In this document: one piece after another, positions 63,967-64,000 of the stretch
Layout: each line of letters starts with the position of its first letter
Numbering within the stretch: the first letter of the stretch is position 1
Assembly: GCA_963800795.1 (NCBI GenBank)
Contig: CAWDCJ010000001.1
Coordinates: 280,855 to 344,854, forward strand
DNA length: 64,000 bases
Direction of reading: 5' to 3'
Source of the DNA: an uncultured Chloroflexia bacterium
Lineage (GTDB): Bacteria > Chloroflexota > Limnocylindria > Limnocylindrales > CSP1-4
Program-made: the position numbers and the translations under genes
Notes under the pieces: generated by a model
The model's input: only the letters and a program-made list of their open reading frames with translations
The model's database searches: none
Told to the model about the DNA's origin: nothing

Positions 63967-64000
63967 GTGAAGCACGTCGTCGTGCTGGGCGGCGGGGTCG
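63967..64000 (+). CDS. start of an FAD/NAD(P)-binding oxidoreductase (truncated by the window end)
   Basis: GTG 63967: VKHVVVLGGGV, a Rossmann GxGxxG beginning. Only 11 codons are visible. Confidence 0.35.
   Translation, partial: MKHVVVLGGGV

Overview
Very G+C-rich, densely coding bacterial chromosomal window. I recognised no rRNA, tRNA, CRISPR array, transposase or integrase. The left ~40% (about 781-26635) is an accessory island built around a phage-tail-like contractile injection system (eCIS/CIS). On the plus strand it encodes sheath, tube, a chaperone-like ORF, a small ORF, a tape-measure-like ORF, a second tube, a LysM tube-initiator, a VgrG spike, gp25, baseplate J and gpI. A divergent minus-strand arm encodes a DUF4255 cap, an AAA+ ATPase and a DUF4157 zincin. 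There are no capsid/terminase genes, no tail fibre, no PAAR and no obvious toxin. Instead, two paralogous double-zinc-ribbon/TM/discoidin membrane proteins bracket the island, alongside a LuxR-type regulator and a STAND-TPR-wHTH/BTAD regulator with unusual domain order. A G7 run at the end of the chaperone-like ORF sits exactly where phage G/GT or P2 E/E+E' -1 frameshifting occurs, directly upstream of the tape-measure-like gene. The right ~60% is ordinary metabolism: two ABC-2 exporters, a LysM protein, Fur plus Cbi/Nik MNQO, FabI, a HAD hydrolase, an aldehyde dehydrogenase, an aminotransferase, CoA-transferases, USP plus a GAF kinase/NarL regulator, PFOR, a DHOD-like protein, a 2-oxoacid:ferredoxin oxidoreductase, hypFCDE and an ArsR-DsrE-TusA sulfur cassette. 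At least ~20 positions need single-base frame changes to restore conserved proteins. These occur in accessory and housekeeping genes alike, so most are more likely assembly indels than true pseudogenes. All calls rest on the supplied translations plus hand translation; no database search or computation was run.
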